The position numbers and the translations under genes were made by a program. Below, one piece after another: positions 26,001-38,911 of a DNA stretch of 64,000 nucleotides; position 1 is the stretch's first letter; every line of letters starts with the position of its first letter. This stretch comes from Podarcis gaigeae (Eukaryota): NCBI GenBank assembly GCA_964106915.2, contig OZ066915.1. One strand, written 5' to 3'. Under the pieces are notes generated by a model, which saw nothing but the letters and a program-made list of their open reading frames with translations, had not been told where the DNA came from and did not search any database.

Positions 26001-29000
26001 TTAAGTTCCCAAATGTTCCTTTGAAGCCCCACCCATAACCACCTCACACCTGATGCCATAAATGATGTCAGGTGTAAGATGGGCTTCCACAGAACAGTCT
26101 CACAAGTCAAATGGGGAGGCCTGGCAATTTGGCCCATGTGCCCACAGGCTGCTCCCCCTGCTTTAAGAGCCCCATAGTGAGTAGAAAGTCAACAGGTGCT
26201 GGTTTTCCTGACATGAGACTTCAGTGAATGGGAGCACTTGCCACATCATGCCTCCATGGGAGGGGACAAATCAGGCACACTTTCTGGTTTGAATCTTGAA
26301 GGGAGGGGCTGCAGGTGGGGAGGGACTTCTTCTGGCAGGCTGTTGCTATGTAGACTAAAGGCACCTGCCCATCAGGCAGTGGCACTTTCTCTCCAGATGG
26401 ACTGGCCCCTCAGAGAGGAGAGGCTGCATTTTGAGAGGCCTTGTTCTCACTGAGCATCTTCTCTTTCATTCCTGAACTGGCAGGATCCAGATTCAGGACA
26501 TAGCTAAAGGTTTGCTTCAGAGTTTCCACCTAGGGGCTCATCAGGTATTTTCACCTCCCCCCCCCACCCCCACCTTTCTTTACAGCCAGGAATGTCGATG
26601 TCTCCAAGGCAGAGGAAGAAGGTTTCTCGCACCACCCCCACCATGAAAGGTAACAGTGGCTGCAGTTTAGGGACTAGTTGACTCCAAGTCAAGGGCCCTG
26701 AATGGTTCTTGCCACTACCCACCCTGAGCGTATTGCTTCACTCTGGGAAGGAATTGAGGTTTTTCTTAACTCCGTACGGATATTGGCAGTGCTTTGAAAG
26801 CAACAAGCTCTCTCGCTGCTTTCCCCCGCTCTGAAAGGCTTGGCACCATGTCTTTCTCTGCACTCTAGAGAAGATCAAGAGTTCTGTCAGTGAGGTTCTG
26901 TGCAGGATAGGCTAAACCCCTGCGTCTTCCCCACTCCATCAGCTTGGAGATGGGGGAGAGCGTTGGGGCTTACAGCCACAGCTCCTTCAAATGGCAGCAT
27001 GTTTCACCCCCACAGTATTTCCCCCTTCTTTTTGTGAGGTAATGGCAGGGTCAGTAGCCAGCACAAGTTTTTGTCTGGCTGTCTATTGACTTGCTTGCTA
27101 AAAGCACTGAAGGCCCACAGATGGAATGGCTGTTTTTTCAAAGGTGTGCATGCACATGCGCGCACACAGACACACTGCTATGTCCCTTGCTTGGCAGTAT
27201 CCCAGGAATGCCATCCTGTGATTAATGACATGGTCGTTTAAAAGAGATTAGCATTTATTTTTAAACACGCATCCTCCAATTATAGGGCTGGAAGGGACCT
27301 TCAAAGGTCATCCAATCCATTCTGTTCCCCCCAACTGGTCTTAAGCCCATTTGCACGTAAACAACCCCTGGCAGATGCTGCTCCCAACCTATTTTTACAA
27401 ATGCTCATTCATGGCATTGCTCCAGAATGTCCAACTCTTAAAGACGTGATCTACACCCATGGAAGACCCACACCTCCCCCCCAGTGGGTCTGTACCAATT
27501 TAAGATGGATTCCTGCATGTAGAACAGTTGCCAAGCTGATATCCGCTTGTAGTTGAACATTCTGAAGTGCCCACAAAGATGTTCTGTGTGATTCTTCTGT
27601 ATGTGTGGATGGGTTCTAAGTTGTCTTTGCGTGTTCCCATCTACAATTTTCTTCTTTCTGTCTGACTAAATGTGTCTGGTCCCCCCTCCTCCTCCTGCAA
27701 TCTTTCCTCATAAATTTTGCATTGAACCACTTTATCTTTTGCATTGCTCTACATTCCCTCCAATTTGCCCATCCTGCTATTTTTTAAGCCTTGCAGAGCA
27801 CAATTCTCAGGCTGTGACAGAGTCACAGGATCCATTTTGGAGCACAGGAGAGATCAAGGTTGAAAGAGGAACAGGTTCCATAACTAGAGGTCATTATGAC
27901 TTGTGGGTGATGGAGAAATTCTGTTTTCCAGAAAACAGGTTCAAGTTCTGACAACCAGGATTCAAGGTCAAATATTCATATACTAGTTGGAAAGAAGAAA
28001 GGTCATTAGGCATTGGGTCAAAAAGGGTGACAATGGCACTGACAGTGTGCTCCTATGCATATCTGCTCAGAAGTGAGTCCTCCTGAGCTTAGTGGAACTT
28101 ACTCCCAGGTAAAGTATATAAAGGAGCCCAGGGGTAGGAAGCATGGAGTACAGGAAGTGGTTTAGAACACTGTTCTTCAACCTTGGGGGGATTGTAACCA
28201 ACAAAATCTTTCTGTTGGCACATCTCCACAATGGGACTTTGCCTCCTCCACATCTAAATCCATTCCGTGGTTTACCCCAACCCTCTGGAACAAATTGCAC
28301 AAGGGGCAGGAGAGGAGAGAGAGAGAAAGTCCTGGTACACAGGAAGAAATCCTTGCACCAAAGGGACCATTTCGTTGGCCACAACCCTGTGTGTTGGGCT
28401 ACAGCTACACCTTCCTTCAGTTCCCAAGTCATCAAAAGGCACTGCCTACTGGTAGCTGAATGTTTCTAAATGAACAATTTTCCTTTTTTACAACTGGGCT
28501 TAATTAAATGTGTGCACAGGAAATCGTCCCAGACTCTTTAAATTTCGTATTTTTCATGAGGTTTTCTTCCTCCCCTCCTCCCCCTTCCAGAGCTCCAGCT
28601 GATGGTTGAGCACCATCTCTGCAAGCAGCAGGCGGATGAGGAGGATGTCAGCACTGGGAGCCAAGAGCCACACAGTCCAAGCTGCTGCCCTCATGCCAAC
28701 TCAGAACCTGGCCACAGTCCTGGGAGTTGCCCTTTGGCCCAAGCTCATGCTCAGCTGGGCATTCAGCAGGGGGAGCCCATTGGCCTGGAGGAACGTGAGT
28801 ATGTTTCAGTCAACTAGAGGCATTACCCACTTTTCCTAGCTGGCATGGGTGAAGGGAGTTGTCGTCCAAAACATCTGGAGGGCATCAGATTGATGAAGGC
28901 TAGCCTACATTTTATGCTTTATTTTAGGGTTATCATATTCTGAAGATCAAAAAAGAGGACACATTTGCCAACTTCTACTTTTAACAATGGATAACTATGA

Positions 29001-29411
29001 CGACACTCATTTTATGTACCCATGAAAAAGAGAGCATCTCCTGGAAAAAGAGGACATATGGCAACCCTACATTTTATCCCATAGAACTCAGTGGGGGCAC
29101 AGAGGTCTTTTTCTGATTTGTGCAGCCCTTTATCTGCATAGCACCACCCTGGAATCTGTTTTTTGGGTTTTTTTAATGGTCCATGTAATATGATCGGTCC
29201 ATGACAGCCTATGTGAAAGCAAGCTGTGCATTAACAAGGTGCTGCTGCAGATCATGCTAATAGCCTGTGCGCGTGACAGGACACTCTTCTCCCCCACACT
29301 GCAGCAGGCAGCCTGAATGCAAAGTCATGCCAAAAAATCCTTTGTCTAATAAGGAGATCAAACAGTGGCCTCTAGCGGATGTAGTTCAAAATGATAGCCG
29401 AGCTTTGCTTG

Positions 29412-29464
<53 letters not shown>

Positions 29465-31142
29465 GGGGGGGGGGAGGCCTTCCTGGAGGGAAGCGTTTTG
29501 ATCCACTCCCTGTCTTGATAAATGATTTATCAGGGATGTTCTCTCTAACAAGCTCTGCCCAAGCCCCTTGTCAAATATTCATAGTGTGAGCGTGTCCTGC
29601 AAAGTGCTGCGGCTGGATGATGGGCTCAAAACAGCTGTGGTCTCCCCTTTGACATTTCACAGAAGAGGGAAGATGGCTGCTCTTGTTTTCCATTATAAAC
29701 AGGACTTCAGAGTGCAGCAGGGAACAGACAAAAAAAGCAAACTGCTTCCCTAGAGACTTGTGTCATGTCCCACCAAGGGTTGAGAGTGGGGTTCTCCCCC
29801 AACACTAAGCTCAAGTAATGTATGTTTTATTATTTCCCTTGGTTGAGAACTCACAGCTTTTGAGGAGTATGCTATGGGAAGCTGTCATTCAAGACATAAC
29901 AACTGGAACTTCAGCCAGGGCCAGCCTAACCGTAGAGTCAGGCTAGGGGACTTCCTCAGCTTTCTCTTGGAGAAAGAGACTGTTCCCTGCACCTCTGGAG
30001 GAAGGGCATCCTTGGCAGAAGCTTAGCTGCTGGGCTAAATTTGCCCTTGTCCTTTCCTGGGGATTCAGCCAAGAGCCACCTTTATCTTTCCCAGCCCCCT
30101 GGGGCACAGGCACAATTGTAAGCTGGAGGAAGTAAAAAAAGTGGCAGGCATTTGACCATGTTTCTCCTAATGAACTTGGCTTTGGCGGCAAAATAAAAAA
30201 TAATAAAAAAGGCAAAACAGGTCCAAGATGTTTGGGCTATTTTATGAGAAAATGTGTGTCTGTTATATGGGAGACTCAACAAGAACAGTTCTTCTTTTGC
30301 TTGCCCCAAGTAAGAACATCGGAGCTCGGCTGGATCAAGCTAATGGCCCATCTGGTCCAGGTTTCTGTTCTGAGAGGGCCAAGCAGATGCCACCGGCAGC
30401 CTGCTCCTCCGTGAATTTATCCAGCCCTTTTTAAAGTCATCCAAGTGTGTGGTCATCCCTGTATTTTGTGGGAACGATTTGCACAGTAACTATGCACTGT
30501 GGGAAGAAGTGTTTAATTTTGCCTGACCTAAATTTTCCAACATTCAGCTTCTTTGGATGTCCCCAAGTTCTAGCATTATGAAAAATGGAGAAAAACATCT
30601 GCCTCTGAACTTTCTCCTTGCTGTGTAAAATCTATTGTGTCCCTCCTGAACTCACTTTTTTTCTGATTCCAGAGGGTGCATTATAGAGAAACAGTGTTGT
30701 GTTAGAAAGGTGGGATGTGGGTGTGGGAGAGGGAGAGATAGAGAGAGCGAGAGCGAGCTGCTGTTGACTGAATGAATGAATTGTACAATCACAATAGTAA
30801 AGGACTGGTAAAAGAGGTAGCATCTTACACTTTTCAGCGCTTCCATAGTCAGAGGTTTCTAATCTATGTAACTGATAGAAGTCCAGGAATCTGAGGGTGA
30901 GATTCAGTCCAGATTAAGGAATGTGCAGCACAATAGCATGTGATTTAAATTACAAGGATTTAAAATGAAACTGAGAAGATGTAAATCCAGTCAACTCTTG
31001 GAAATGTTAGGTGGCTTGTCCTTGACACAGTGGTGGAGAGTTCAACATTTTGACTTGCCTAAAGCAGCAGCAACAAGAACGAAAAAACCGCTAGACAAAG
31101 AGACTCGCGGAACGGATTATTTTCGTCTTGCGAGGCACCACT

Positions 31143-31189
<47 letters not shown>

Positions 31190-32464
31190 GCACACCCTCG
31201 CAATCCTTTGCAGGTGTGGGGATTCCAGTGCATGCATGGAGCTTCCCAAGAGTTGTCTGTTCACTTTAACAGAGGTCGCGGCTTCTCAAGTGCCAAGAGG
31301 TGTGCATAAAGTTTTCTCTGGCAGGGTTATAGATGGGGGAAAGGACACATGCTGGAGTTCAGAATGCCCATGTGGCCATATGGATTTGGGGAGAGGGGGC
31401 TGGCTATGACTGGAATTTATTGTCATGACACACTGAGTTTAACATTCCGTGTGAGCTTCCCATTATTTATTATTTATACCTTCCCAAATCTTCCCTGAGC
31501 AGTTCCAACCAACTGAGAATCTATCCATGCATATATGTAGTGAGAAGTAAGTATAACTGTGTCTGCTTATTAACAGTGAATCTCATCTGGTATGCCTTTA
31601 CTCAGTGACCCAGTTTAGATAGATTTCTCTGGAGCTGTTTTGACAGACGTTCTTTGGTATTGTTGTTGTTCTTGTTCTCTATACGCCAGTATCATCTGCC
31701 AGGGTTGCTGTCCTCCCTATTCCGCTCCACGGCTTGATTGTTTTGTGAATCAATTAAAAAATCCCTCCATTTCCTCATGGACTTTTTGACAATTGTTTTG
31801 TGCAGAGGGAAGCGTCACGGGAGCTTGCTGCGCAGAGAGACCCAGTAATGTGAAGCCAGACCTGTCCTCCGAGAAGCAAGGAGTTCATATACCACCGGAG
31901 AGCTCTGGGGAGAAGCAGAAGCTGGCCAAGGAGTATGTATAGCTGTGCCTCTAAATTTGGGGACGGGGCAGGAAAAGGGAGATAAAGGAGCCAACTCTGC
32001 TCTGAATAGAACAGACACCCAGGGGTGTATTAATATCAATTCTGAAATTGCCGTCATTAGTGATATATAGTCTTCCTTTATGAGCTAGGGAAAGTATTGC
32101 AGGGAAAAGCCTTTGACTTTGCTGAATGTTTACCTCTTTGGGGTTTGGAAAGTAAAGTAATTTGCAATTCACCTTTCTCTTGCTCCTTCATGGCTATTGT
32201 TTCCCCAATCTGTTGCTGCTTCAGCTTGCTTTCCCTAGGCTTAGGGCTTTCCTCCCCCACTTCCTTCTTGTAATCCAGGTCAGTGATGGCTTAACAAAAT
32301 GAAGTTGATTTAGAGTGAAGCTGATTTAGAGTGAGGCAGTGCTTCCTGGAGCAGCACTGCCTTTCCTTGGAATGGGTGAACACTTTTTGCCACATTTTTG
32401 TAAAAAGATCACCTGTAAAATACTGTACCAAAATCCAGGAAGAGGTGGATGGTTCATAGCTGCT

Positions 32465-32522
<58 letters not shown>

Positions 32523-35500
32523 CAGTAGTTTCACATTTTCAATCGTTTCTTTCAATCAGTTATTTCTAGTGTCCCCCCCACCCCAGGAGAACAGGTAAAA
32601 TGTGATAGCAAATTACACCCATTCACTTGGAATTTCAGCATTTTCTGAAATGCAATGCAAATGTTTGCCCAGATGAATAGGGACACTGTATATCCCAGAA
32701 GCGCATCAAGATCTCTCTGCACATAGTAAGGAAGAATAAACCCATAGTTCTGCCTTGGTGCATAGTAATCCTAATATGACCTGCTGTATGCACATCAAAG
32801 AAGAAATTCCATATGCTGGCACACATGCATGGCACTGGGCAGAACATTGATGCAATGTGGATACTTTATTCTGCAAGGGGTATGTACATCTTAACATAGG
32901 GATGGATGAGTATCAATACCAAAATAATGGGTTGTGGCCAATGTTAGTCCTACTTGGAGTAGACCCATTAAAATGAATGGATAAGACTACCAGGTCTATT
33001 AAGGTAAATATGTCTACTCAACCTGGTGGAGGTCAACCCCAACCCCCCTTTTTCCTGCTTTCTAAACTTAAAAACGTGTCAGACATGAGCCTTTTATACA
33101 CAGGAATGGCACTCAGGGCAATATTTGAAAATGCTCATTCAGATATTGCCGTGTGATCCACCTTTGTGATTCTTCAGTTCATGCATTTCAGCACTGAGCA
33201 ACTGAACAGGAAAATGGGTTTGAGAGCTATGCTTAAATAAAGGCAGCGTGTCCAGGTGAACCTGCGGGGGGACAGAGGATGCTCTGGGGTACAAAATAAT
33301 CATGATAAAATATTTATCTTTTGCTGCACATGTGCAAGCAAGCTGTATTGCAGATCAAAAGGCCACAGGTGCCAGGCCATCTGCATGACCTCTGGCACAA
33401 TGCAGATACATGCAGCTGCAAGTCCCGCAGTGATAAAAATCATTGGATGGTGTGAGAGAGTAGGGAGAGAGCGACAGCATGTTAGCTCTGCGGGTATCAA
33501 ATTTCCTTTGTGGATGCCTGGATTATGAAGTCTCACTGTGACTTCAATTAGTTCTCCTTTCAGCTTAGATTAGTTCATTTCAGATCAAATTGGTCAAGGG
33601 AAAGGTTTGGTTGCTTCACTCAAGCCCAGGCTTAATGAAAACTGAAAGGGACGTTCTTTGTACTTTAGTATACTGAGAATGAAGATACAGTGTGGGCCCC
33701 AGGGGAGATGCAGACACATGCAGCAGACTTGGCACAAGTCTTCACTCTCTGGCTCCCGCACACCTGAGTGCCTACCTGTACCCAGCAATGTGTTGTCTTA
33801 ACACAAAGCACAAGCCAAACAGAAGCAGAGATTTCAAGGTTCTTTGATGCATTCAGGCACCACTAAAAGAGATGACAACCTTCTTATTATCATTGGACAG
33901 TTTGACTATTTTGTTAAATTTACCAAGGGTTGTGATTAGCTTGGTCTCTATATTTAGTCAAGGGGCAATTTTAGAGATCCTACTGGATCATACCAAAGAT
34001 CTGTTGCTGAGCCAACAACCCTCCCTGTGGAGGGTACCAGGTTGGCAAAGTCTGTTCTAAGTGGGTCTGTTGAGCTTACATAGTTCATAGCTGTTAGTAG
34101 GCGTATCCTCCAGTGAGTTCACAGAATCACAATCAATAATTGTAGAGCTGGAAGGGATCCATGAGGATCATCTAGTCCAGTCCCTGAGATTAAGAGTCTC
34201 GTGTTCTACCAACTGAGCTATAAGGGGTCTAATTCCTTCTTAAAGCTATCTAACCCCATGGCTTTAAATTCCATTGCATCTTGCACGCAAGAAAGAACAT
34301 TTCTTGCCAATCAATTCCCTTAGGTGACCCTAAGTCCTAGTATTATGAGCCATGAAGAAAAATGCATCTCTGAACTCTCTCCATGCCCATGCATAATTTC
34401 ATATACTCTGTCCTCACCCACCCACCCAAAATAGTCCCACACTCTTTAGCCTTTTCTTACAGCAGAGGGGAAGAAAATTTAGCCCTCCAGCTGTTGTTGG
34501 ACTACAATCCCCATCTGGCCCAGTCAGCACAGCCAATGGCCAAAGATGATGGGAGTTGTAGTCCAGTAACATCTGAACTGCCACAGGTGAGCTATCCCTG
34601 CCTTTTGTAAGGAAAATGATCCAAACCCTTGGTTTTTGTGATTGTCTGTTTCTATATCTTTTCCAGCTCCTAGATCTCCCTATTTCAGATGAGGTGATCA
34701 GAAGTAATGATTGAAATAGGTATCAGACAAGATAGCAAACACCTTTGCCACATTTGTCACAGAATAATTAAACTCTTGTGCATATCCCAGCTTCACTTTA
34801 AAACTAACCTTGGTCTTCAGCAGCCATTTTGAAGAGCCTGTTCTACAAACTTTGTTTGTTTGTTCCATAGGTGATGCACTGCTTCAGGAATGGAGGTTAC
34901 GTCTGAACACAGGCGGAGCTCATGCCTACATACGGGAATATCACACAGCAGTTTTCTTTAAAGAATTTTTTTTTAAAAAAAAAAGATTTCAATTGCTGTT
35001 CAGATGTTTGTAATGCCCCCCCTTTCTTTCTTTTTAAATGAAATGTCCAATGGCCTAGGGGAGGATGTCTATTCAGTTTTGGGCTTGGGCTCATGTTTTA
35101 GGTGTTGAAGTAGAAAAAGGTGAATCAGCACTAGAGAGTATGTTTGTTAGTTAGCAGAGCTGGAGAAATCTCCATATTGTACATTTATCACTGGCCCAGT
35201 TCTCCAGAACAGCAGATGAGTTTGTAAAGTCTTATGCCTGGAGCTGAGCCACTTTAAGAGCTGGGGGGTGGGGAGTGAGGCACATGCTTGTGCACTCCCA
35301 GCACACACGATAGATTTCTTTATGCCAAGAACTGCAGAGAATTCTAACTTAGCTCTTTCTCTGATGTGCCATTTTTTATATACAAATATTTTGTTGTAGT
35401 AGTAGTCATTGTTGGGTAGAAGAGCATTCAGTCACATAAGCTTCCACCTGCAGTCTCACTTATGTAGTACAGCTTAAAAATAGGTTTACCATTATTTCAT

Positions 35501-35905
35501 CTGCTGTGGGAGAGATCTAGGCCACCAGCTAGATGATTTTATTCCCTTAGACCTCATTTTTCTATACTCTACAATGATGTTTTCCTAGCTGTCCAGTACT
35601 GATTTCTACAATTTTTTATTGCTTTCTACTGTAGCCATAGATAGGTGCAGGCTGGGAAAATCTGCAGCTCCTCCTATCATGCTTTGGAAGGAAACTAGGA
35701 TGGGAACAGTAAGTAGAGCAGGAATGGGGGAACTTGGAAGCCTCCAAAAGTGGTTGGGACTCCATGTCCCATTAGCCTCAGGCTGTCAGGGATGATGGGA
35801 ACTATAGTCCAAAATATCTGGACGGCCATCTAAAAGCTTCCTGCCTATCATTGTGGGGGGAATCTGAACAAATGACAACCTCCTCTTTATTCCTTCTCCA
35901 GCTGA
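11684..35905 (+). CDS. PPP1R1A: Protein phosphatase 1 regulatory inhibitor subunit 1A (inhibitor-1), multi-exon, 5'-partial. Exons 11684-11744, 25133-25170, 26586-26649, 28591-28794, 31806-31932 and probably 35902-35905
   Basis: Spliced translation IRRRRPTPATLVLSSDQSSPEIDEDRLPNPLLKPGMSMSPRQRKKVSRTTPTMKELQLMVEHHL... matches inhibitor-1, including the PKA site RRRPT and MSPRQRKK. All junctions are GT-AG with consistent phases. Tail-to-tail with PDE1B as in mammals. The 3' end is uncertain. Confidence 0.93.
11955..12553 (+). mobile_element. L2-clade LINE 3' end; similar fragments near 12760-13170, 18490-18744 and 54160-54400
   Basis: aaacttcagctggtgcagaat...ttcaaagtgttggtcttgacctataaagcc...(taaa)n tail. 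Confidence 0.8.
14070..14230 (+). mobile_element. tRNA-derived SINE; related copies near 47020-47200, 55260-55385 and 57090-57170
   Basis: agctcagtggcagagcac...ggttctactcctggcatctccagg. Confidence 0.6.
15866..17389 (+). mobile_element. 5'-truncated L1-clade LINE (ORF2 C-terminus, 3'UTR, A-tail)
   Basis: GGFALPDLKLYYESA...; Cys/His knuckle CWKC...HLWWTCP; two frameshifts; AATAAA at 17367-17372 then an A-run; perfect 21-bp TSD acaggaaagggaggaagccaa at 15845-15865 and 17390-17410. Confidence 0.93.
17919..18070. mobile_element. TcMar (Tc2/pogo-like) MITE
   Basis: TA-ccgtatttttcagtgtataag...cttatacacgaaaaatacag-TA. Confidence 0.8.
18745..18877. other. Assembly gap (133 N)
   Basis: Run of n. Confidence 1.
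18921..19256 (+). mobile_element. Sauria SINE
   Basis: gggatgctggtggtgctgtgg...(accttt) tail; near-TSD attatttgagata / attgtttgagata. Confidence 0.9.
19970..19999. repeat. (TG)n microsatellite
   Basis: Direct read. Confidence 0.95.
25133..25170 (+). CDS. PPP1R1A: PPP1R1A exon 3 (EIDEDRLPNPLLK)
   Basis: cttctctcccag|AAATTGAT...TTGAAG|gtatgt; 38 nt, phase 1 to 0. Confidence 0.95.
26586..26649 (+). CDS. PPP1R1A: PPP1R1A exon 4 (PGMSMSPRQRKKVSRTTPTMK)
   Basis: ctttctttacag|CCAGGA...ATGAAAG|gtaaca; 64 nt, phase 0 to 1. Confidence 0.95.
28591..28794 (+). CDS. PPP1R1A: PPP1R1A exon 5 (ELQLMVEHHLCKQQ...IGLEE)
   Basis: ccccttccag|AGCTCCAG...GAAC|gtgagt; 204 nt, phase 1 to 1; ELQxMVEHHL conserved. 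Confidence 0.92.
28925..29069. mobile_element. hAT (Blackjack-like) MITE
   Basis: tagggttatcata...tatggcaacccta ends and internal aaaagaggaca repeats. Confidence 0.65.
29416..29474. repeat. (CT)n followed by a G-run
   Basis: Direct read. Confidence 0.95.
30325..30625 (-). mobile_element. CR1-like LINE 3' fragment; others near 34220-34410, 50710-51160 and 51190-51450 (+)
   Basis: tggatcaagctaatggcccatctggtccag...tttaaagtcatccaag; plus-strand copy tggatggctttaaaagaggattagac. Confidence 0.6.
31144..31189. repeat. (TAT)n microsatellite
   Basis: Direct read. Confidence 0.95.
31806..31932 (+). CDS. PPP1R1A: PPP1R1A exon 6 (QGSVTGACCAERPSNVKPDLSSEKQGVHIPPESSGEKQKLAK)
   Basis: ttgttttgtgcag| acceptor, open in phase 1, contains HIPP as in the mammalian inhibitor-1 C-terminus. 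Donor GA|gtatgt at 31933, or read-through to TAG at 31940-31942 (...KEYV*). Confidence 0.8.
32469..32519. repeat. (TG)n microsatellite
   Basis: Direct read. Confidence 0.95.
35902..35905 (+). CDS. PPP1R1A: Candidate PPP1R1A terminal exon start (GA|C TGA = Asp, stop) followed by 3'UTR
   Basis: Strong pyrimidine tract tcctctttattccttctccag|CTGAG, phase-compatible with the 31932 donor; other acceptors are not excluded. Confidence 0.4.
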
Positions 35906-38866
35906 GCTGTCCTTTCTTTGGGAGTGACAAGATACAACAGTGCCTTCTGGGAGAGAGTAGCAGGTTTTCCTCCCTTGAAACAACCTGCAGGCCTCAGTCG
36001 TGTGTGCATAACCTCCAGTATTTGTCACACATTAAACAAAAATAGGTCTGCTTATTTCCTGGGACGTTAGAGTAACACAGTCGTGAGTGCTTGAAATAGC
36101 TATTTTTTCTCTTTATGCTAGACATACTACCAGTATTTTGAATTTTGCTCTTATGTAATAGAAAATGCAGTCAAGGCTTCCCTGTCATAAAGAAACCAGC
36201 TGAATGCAGCCTAGACGAAGGAGTGGAGGACAGATCCGTGGCTCTTACACTGGTGTTTTAAGCCAAAGCCTCAATATGACATGGGCCTTTATCCTGCCAG
36301 CCTTCCCTAAGTCATCACCCTTCAGATTTTGTTGCAGTCCAATTCCCATCCACCTCAGCCAGAATAGGCAATGGGGCAGGGAAGGTGGATTGTACCTCTA
36401 GCAACATTTGGAGGGCACCATTTTGGGGAAAGGTGCTGCATGCCTTTATTAACACACTCATTGCTCCACCCGCAAAAGGGGTGGCTGCAGGCTAGATACA
36501 CAGGTCCGAGATATCAGAGATCCCACTTGAGTTTCTCATCAGTTGTACATTGTGCATTCCTGAATCGTTGGCAGAGTTTTACATATCCGGACCACCATTC
36601 TGGGCTCTCTTCCCCCATCACACATGTGAATTCTATTTCTTTATTAAACGGGTCATCTTTGCTTGGTTTTTGAGTTCCAAAATCACTCGTTTGCCCTAAG
36701 TGGCTTGTGTGCTGCTATGACAACATGGCAGGGCTCCGTCTTTCAGCCTCAGCAGTGCTGTCAAGGATGTTTTTCCTTGGTCTGCAAAAATGCCTCTCGG
36801 CCAGCATTACATACCATCTTCGTCTGACACCGAAGGCAAGAGTCAGAGCCTGTCTTCCTTATTAGAAGACACAACTATGAAGCTGGTGGATTTATGAAAG
36901 CAACACCAGGAGGGCCACGGGTTCACCTCTCTTTTAGTGGTGTGTTTGAGAGGAAGAGATTCTGCCTGACAGTGTCTGGGGACAAACCCATCAAAATAAG
37001 AAAATGAGAAGGAAGAGGACAACTGACACCCAGGAGTCCCAGTGCAGTCCTGGCTGACACTCTGGTGACTAAATGAAATGTAGATGCTATCCTACTTGCC
37101 AGTTCTGATTTAACTTTGTGTGCAGCATAAAGATGCAGAGCTAAAGGTATGCCTGAATTTCACACAATGATTCACAATATGAACTATGGCTTCGTGTGCA
37201 GGTTGCTAGAGAGAAGTTCACAGCAGCTGTTCTCTCCTCTCCTGGTACTCCTGCTGCTGCGAGCTGAGCCATGGTTCAGCTAGGAGTGTTTTTTGAGCCC
37301 AAACTCACGGTTTGCCTCACTCCAGACCAGTGGCGGAGCAAGCCAATCAGGTCCTGGGGAGGCGTGTGTGAGCCGGGGCAGGACACTCTGCGGGGCCTCC
37401 GAGGAGTCTGCCTGCCTCCTCCCTCTCAGCTGTCCCACAGCTGGGGGGAGGCAGCAGGCAGACCGTTTAGGCAGTGCAGAGCCAAACCACTGCATCTCTC
37501 CCAGGAGTGACGCATGGCTTGGGCGCACTGCAGGCCCCGCAGTGAGTGCCGCCCTGCGTTTTATCACCCCCTTCAGTGGTGATACCCAGGGTGACCCACC
37601 CCCACTGCACCCCCTTCCTCTGCCCCTGCTCCAGACACACCATGAGCCCAAGTTTGGATGCAATGCTAAACCAAGCCATGCTGCTCATGACGGCAGCAGG
37701 GGCACCTGAGCTGGAGGGCAACTATTGAAATTTACAGAAACACTAATGTGTGCATGCATTTGTGCTAAACTGTGGTTTGGTTTAGCACTATGTGTGAACT
37801 AGCTTTCCAACCATAGCTTTCCATTTACACCGGAATGCAACTCATTTTCTTACCTGTGTGACACACAGATTTGCTTAAAACATGGTAGGGATAGTCCATG
37901 GGAGAAATTGCTAATGGGCCGACCTCACTGACCCTGCGGATCAATAAAAGTGGCAGCCACATCCCCACTCCAAATGGAAAGTAGCGAAGGTGGGTTGAGA
38001 GTCTGTATTGGCCAAGGAGCTGAGCAGGAAGGATCCAGAAGGAGGTTGAGTCTCCCTTTCAGGACTGGGAATTTCCACCAACTGACACTCAGTTTGCATG
38101 CAATGGCTCTGGGGCCCCATTAATAAGCTTATCAAGTCTGGGTCATTCCCCATAACCACCATCACACCTCCTGCTGACTCTCACTGCATACATATAACAC
38201 AGTGACCCTGACAATTGTCACCGGCTACTGGGGGGGGGGCAGCTGTTTCCCATCACATAACTGTTTCATTCTACAGGGGCTGTTTTGCAAGGACCTCCCC
38301 ACCGCCAATCATCATCCCCTCTTTATCAAGCCTTGACAAGCACTGCCTTCTGCCAGCAGGGATGCTTGAGGAATTTGATCTTTTCACATTGTGATACAGG
38401 CTCACTTGATCTACAGCTCCTGGACAAAAATTCAGATTGGAATGCAATTGTGGTGCTGTACTTCTTGGCTCAGAAAAAGCATCGAGATCGGCTTTAAAAC
38501 CCGTCTTTTGAGATTAAATGCATTTGGAAACACGTATTTTGAGAAACTACTTTAGGGAATGGCACTTAGTGGTAGAGCAATCCCCTGGGGGAGAGAGCCC
38601 TGCCTCAAGCCCTTGAGGGACACGGTCAGGCAGCTTCCAAGGCTCCTAAAACTGCTTACTGAAATGCAAATCTGGGGGCATTTTTAAATAAAGAAACCAG
38701 ATTTATGGGGAAATGGGGTTCAATTGACAATCAGTGATCACATGAGAAAAGGACACAAGTCAGAAACAAGCTGTGGCATCCATCCCTGCTTGCAAGGTGC
38801 TTATTGTGGTATTTCTGATGGACAGAAACCAGGAGAACCAGCCATTTGTGTCTCTTCCCCTTCCCT

Positions 38867-38911
38867 TTTATTTGCTGTTGTTGATCATCACTTTCCTTTT
38901 ATTCTTTTATT
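38867..38911 (-). terminator. Cluster of three AATAAA polyadenylation signals (PDE1B candidate)
   Basis: tttatt three times on + strand. Confidence 0.55.

Noticed and set aside
37271-37728. GC-rich overlapping ORFs as a small gene or CpG-island promoter (also 23950-24340)
   Set aside because: No recognisable protein or splice structure; they look like GC-rich non-autonomous DNA-element remnants.
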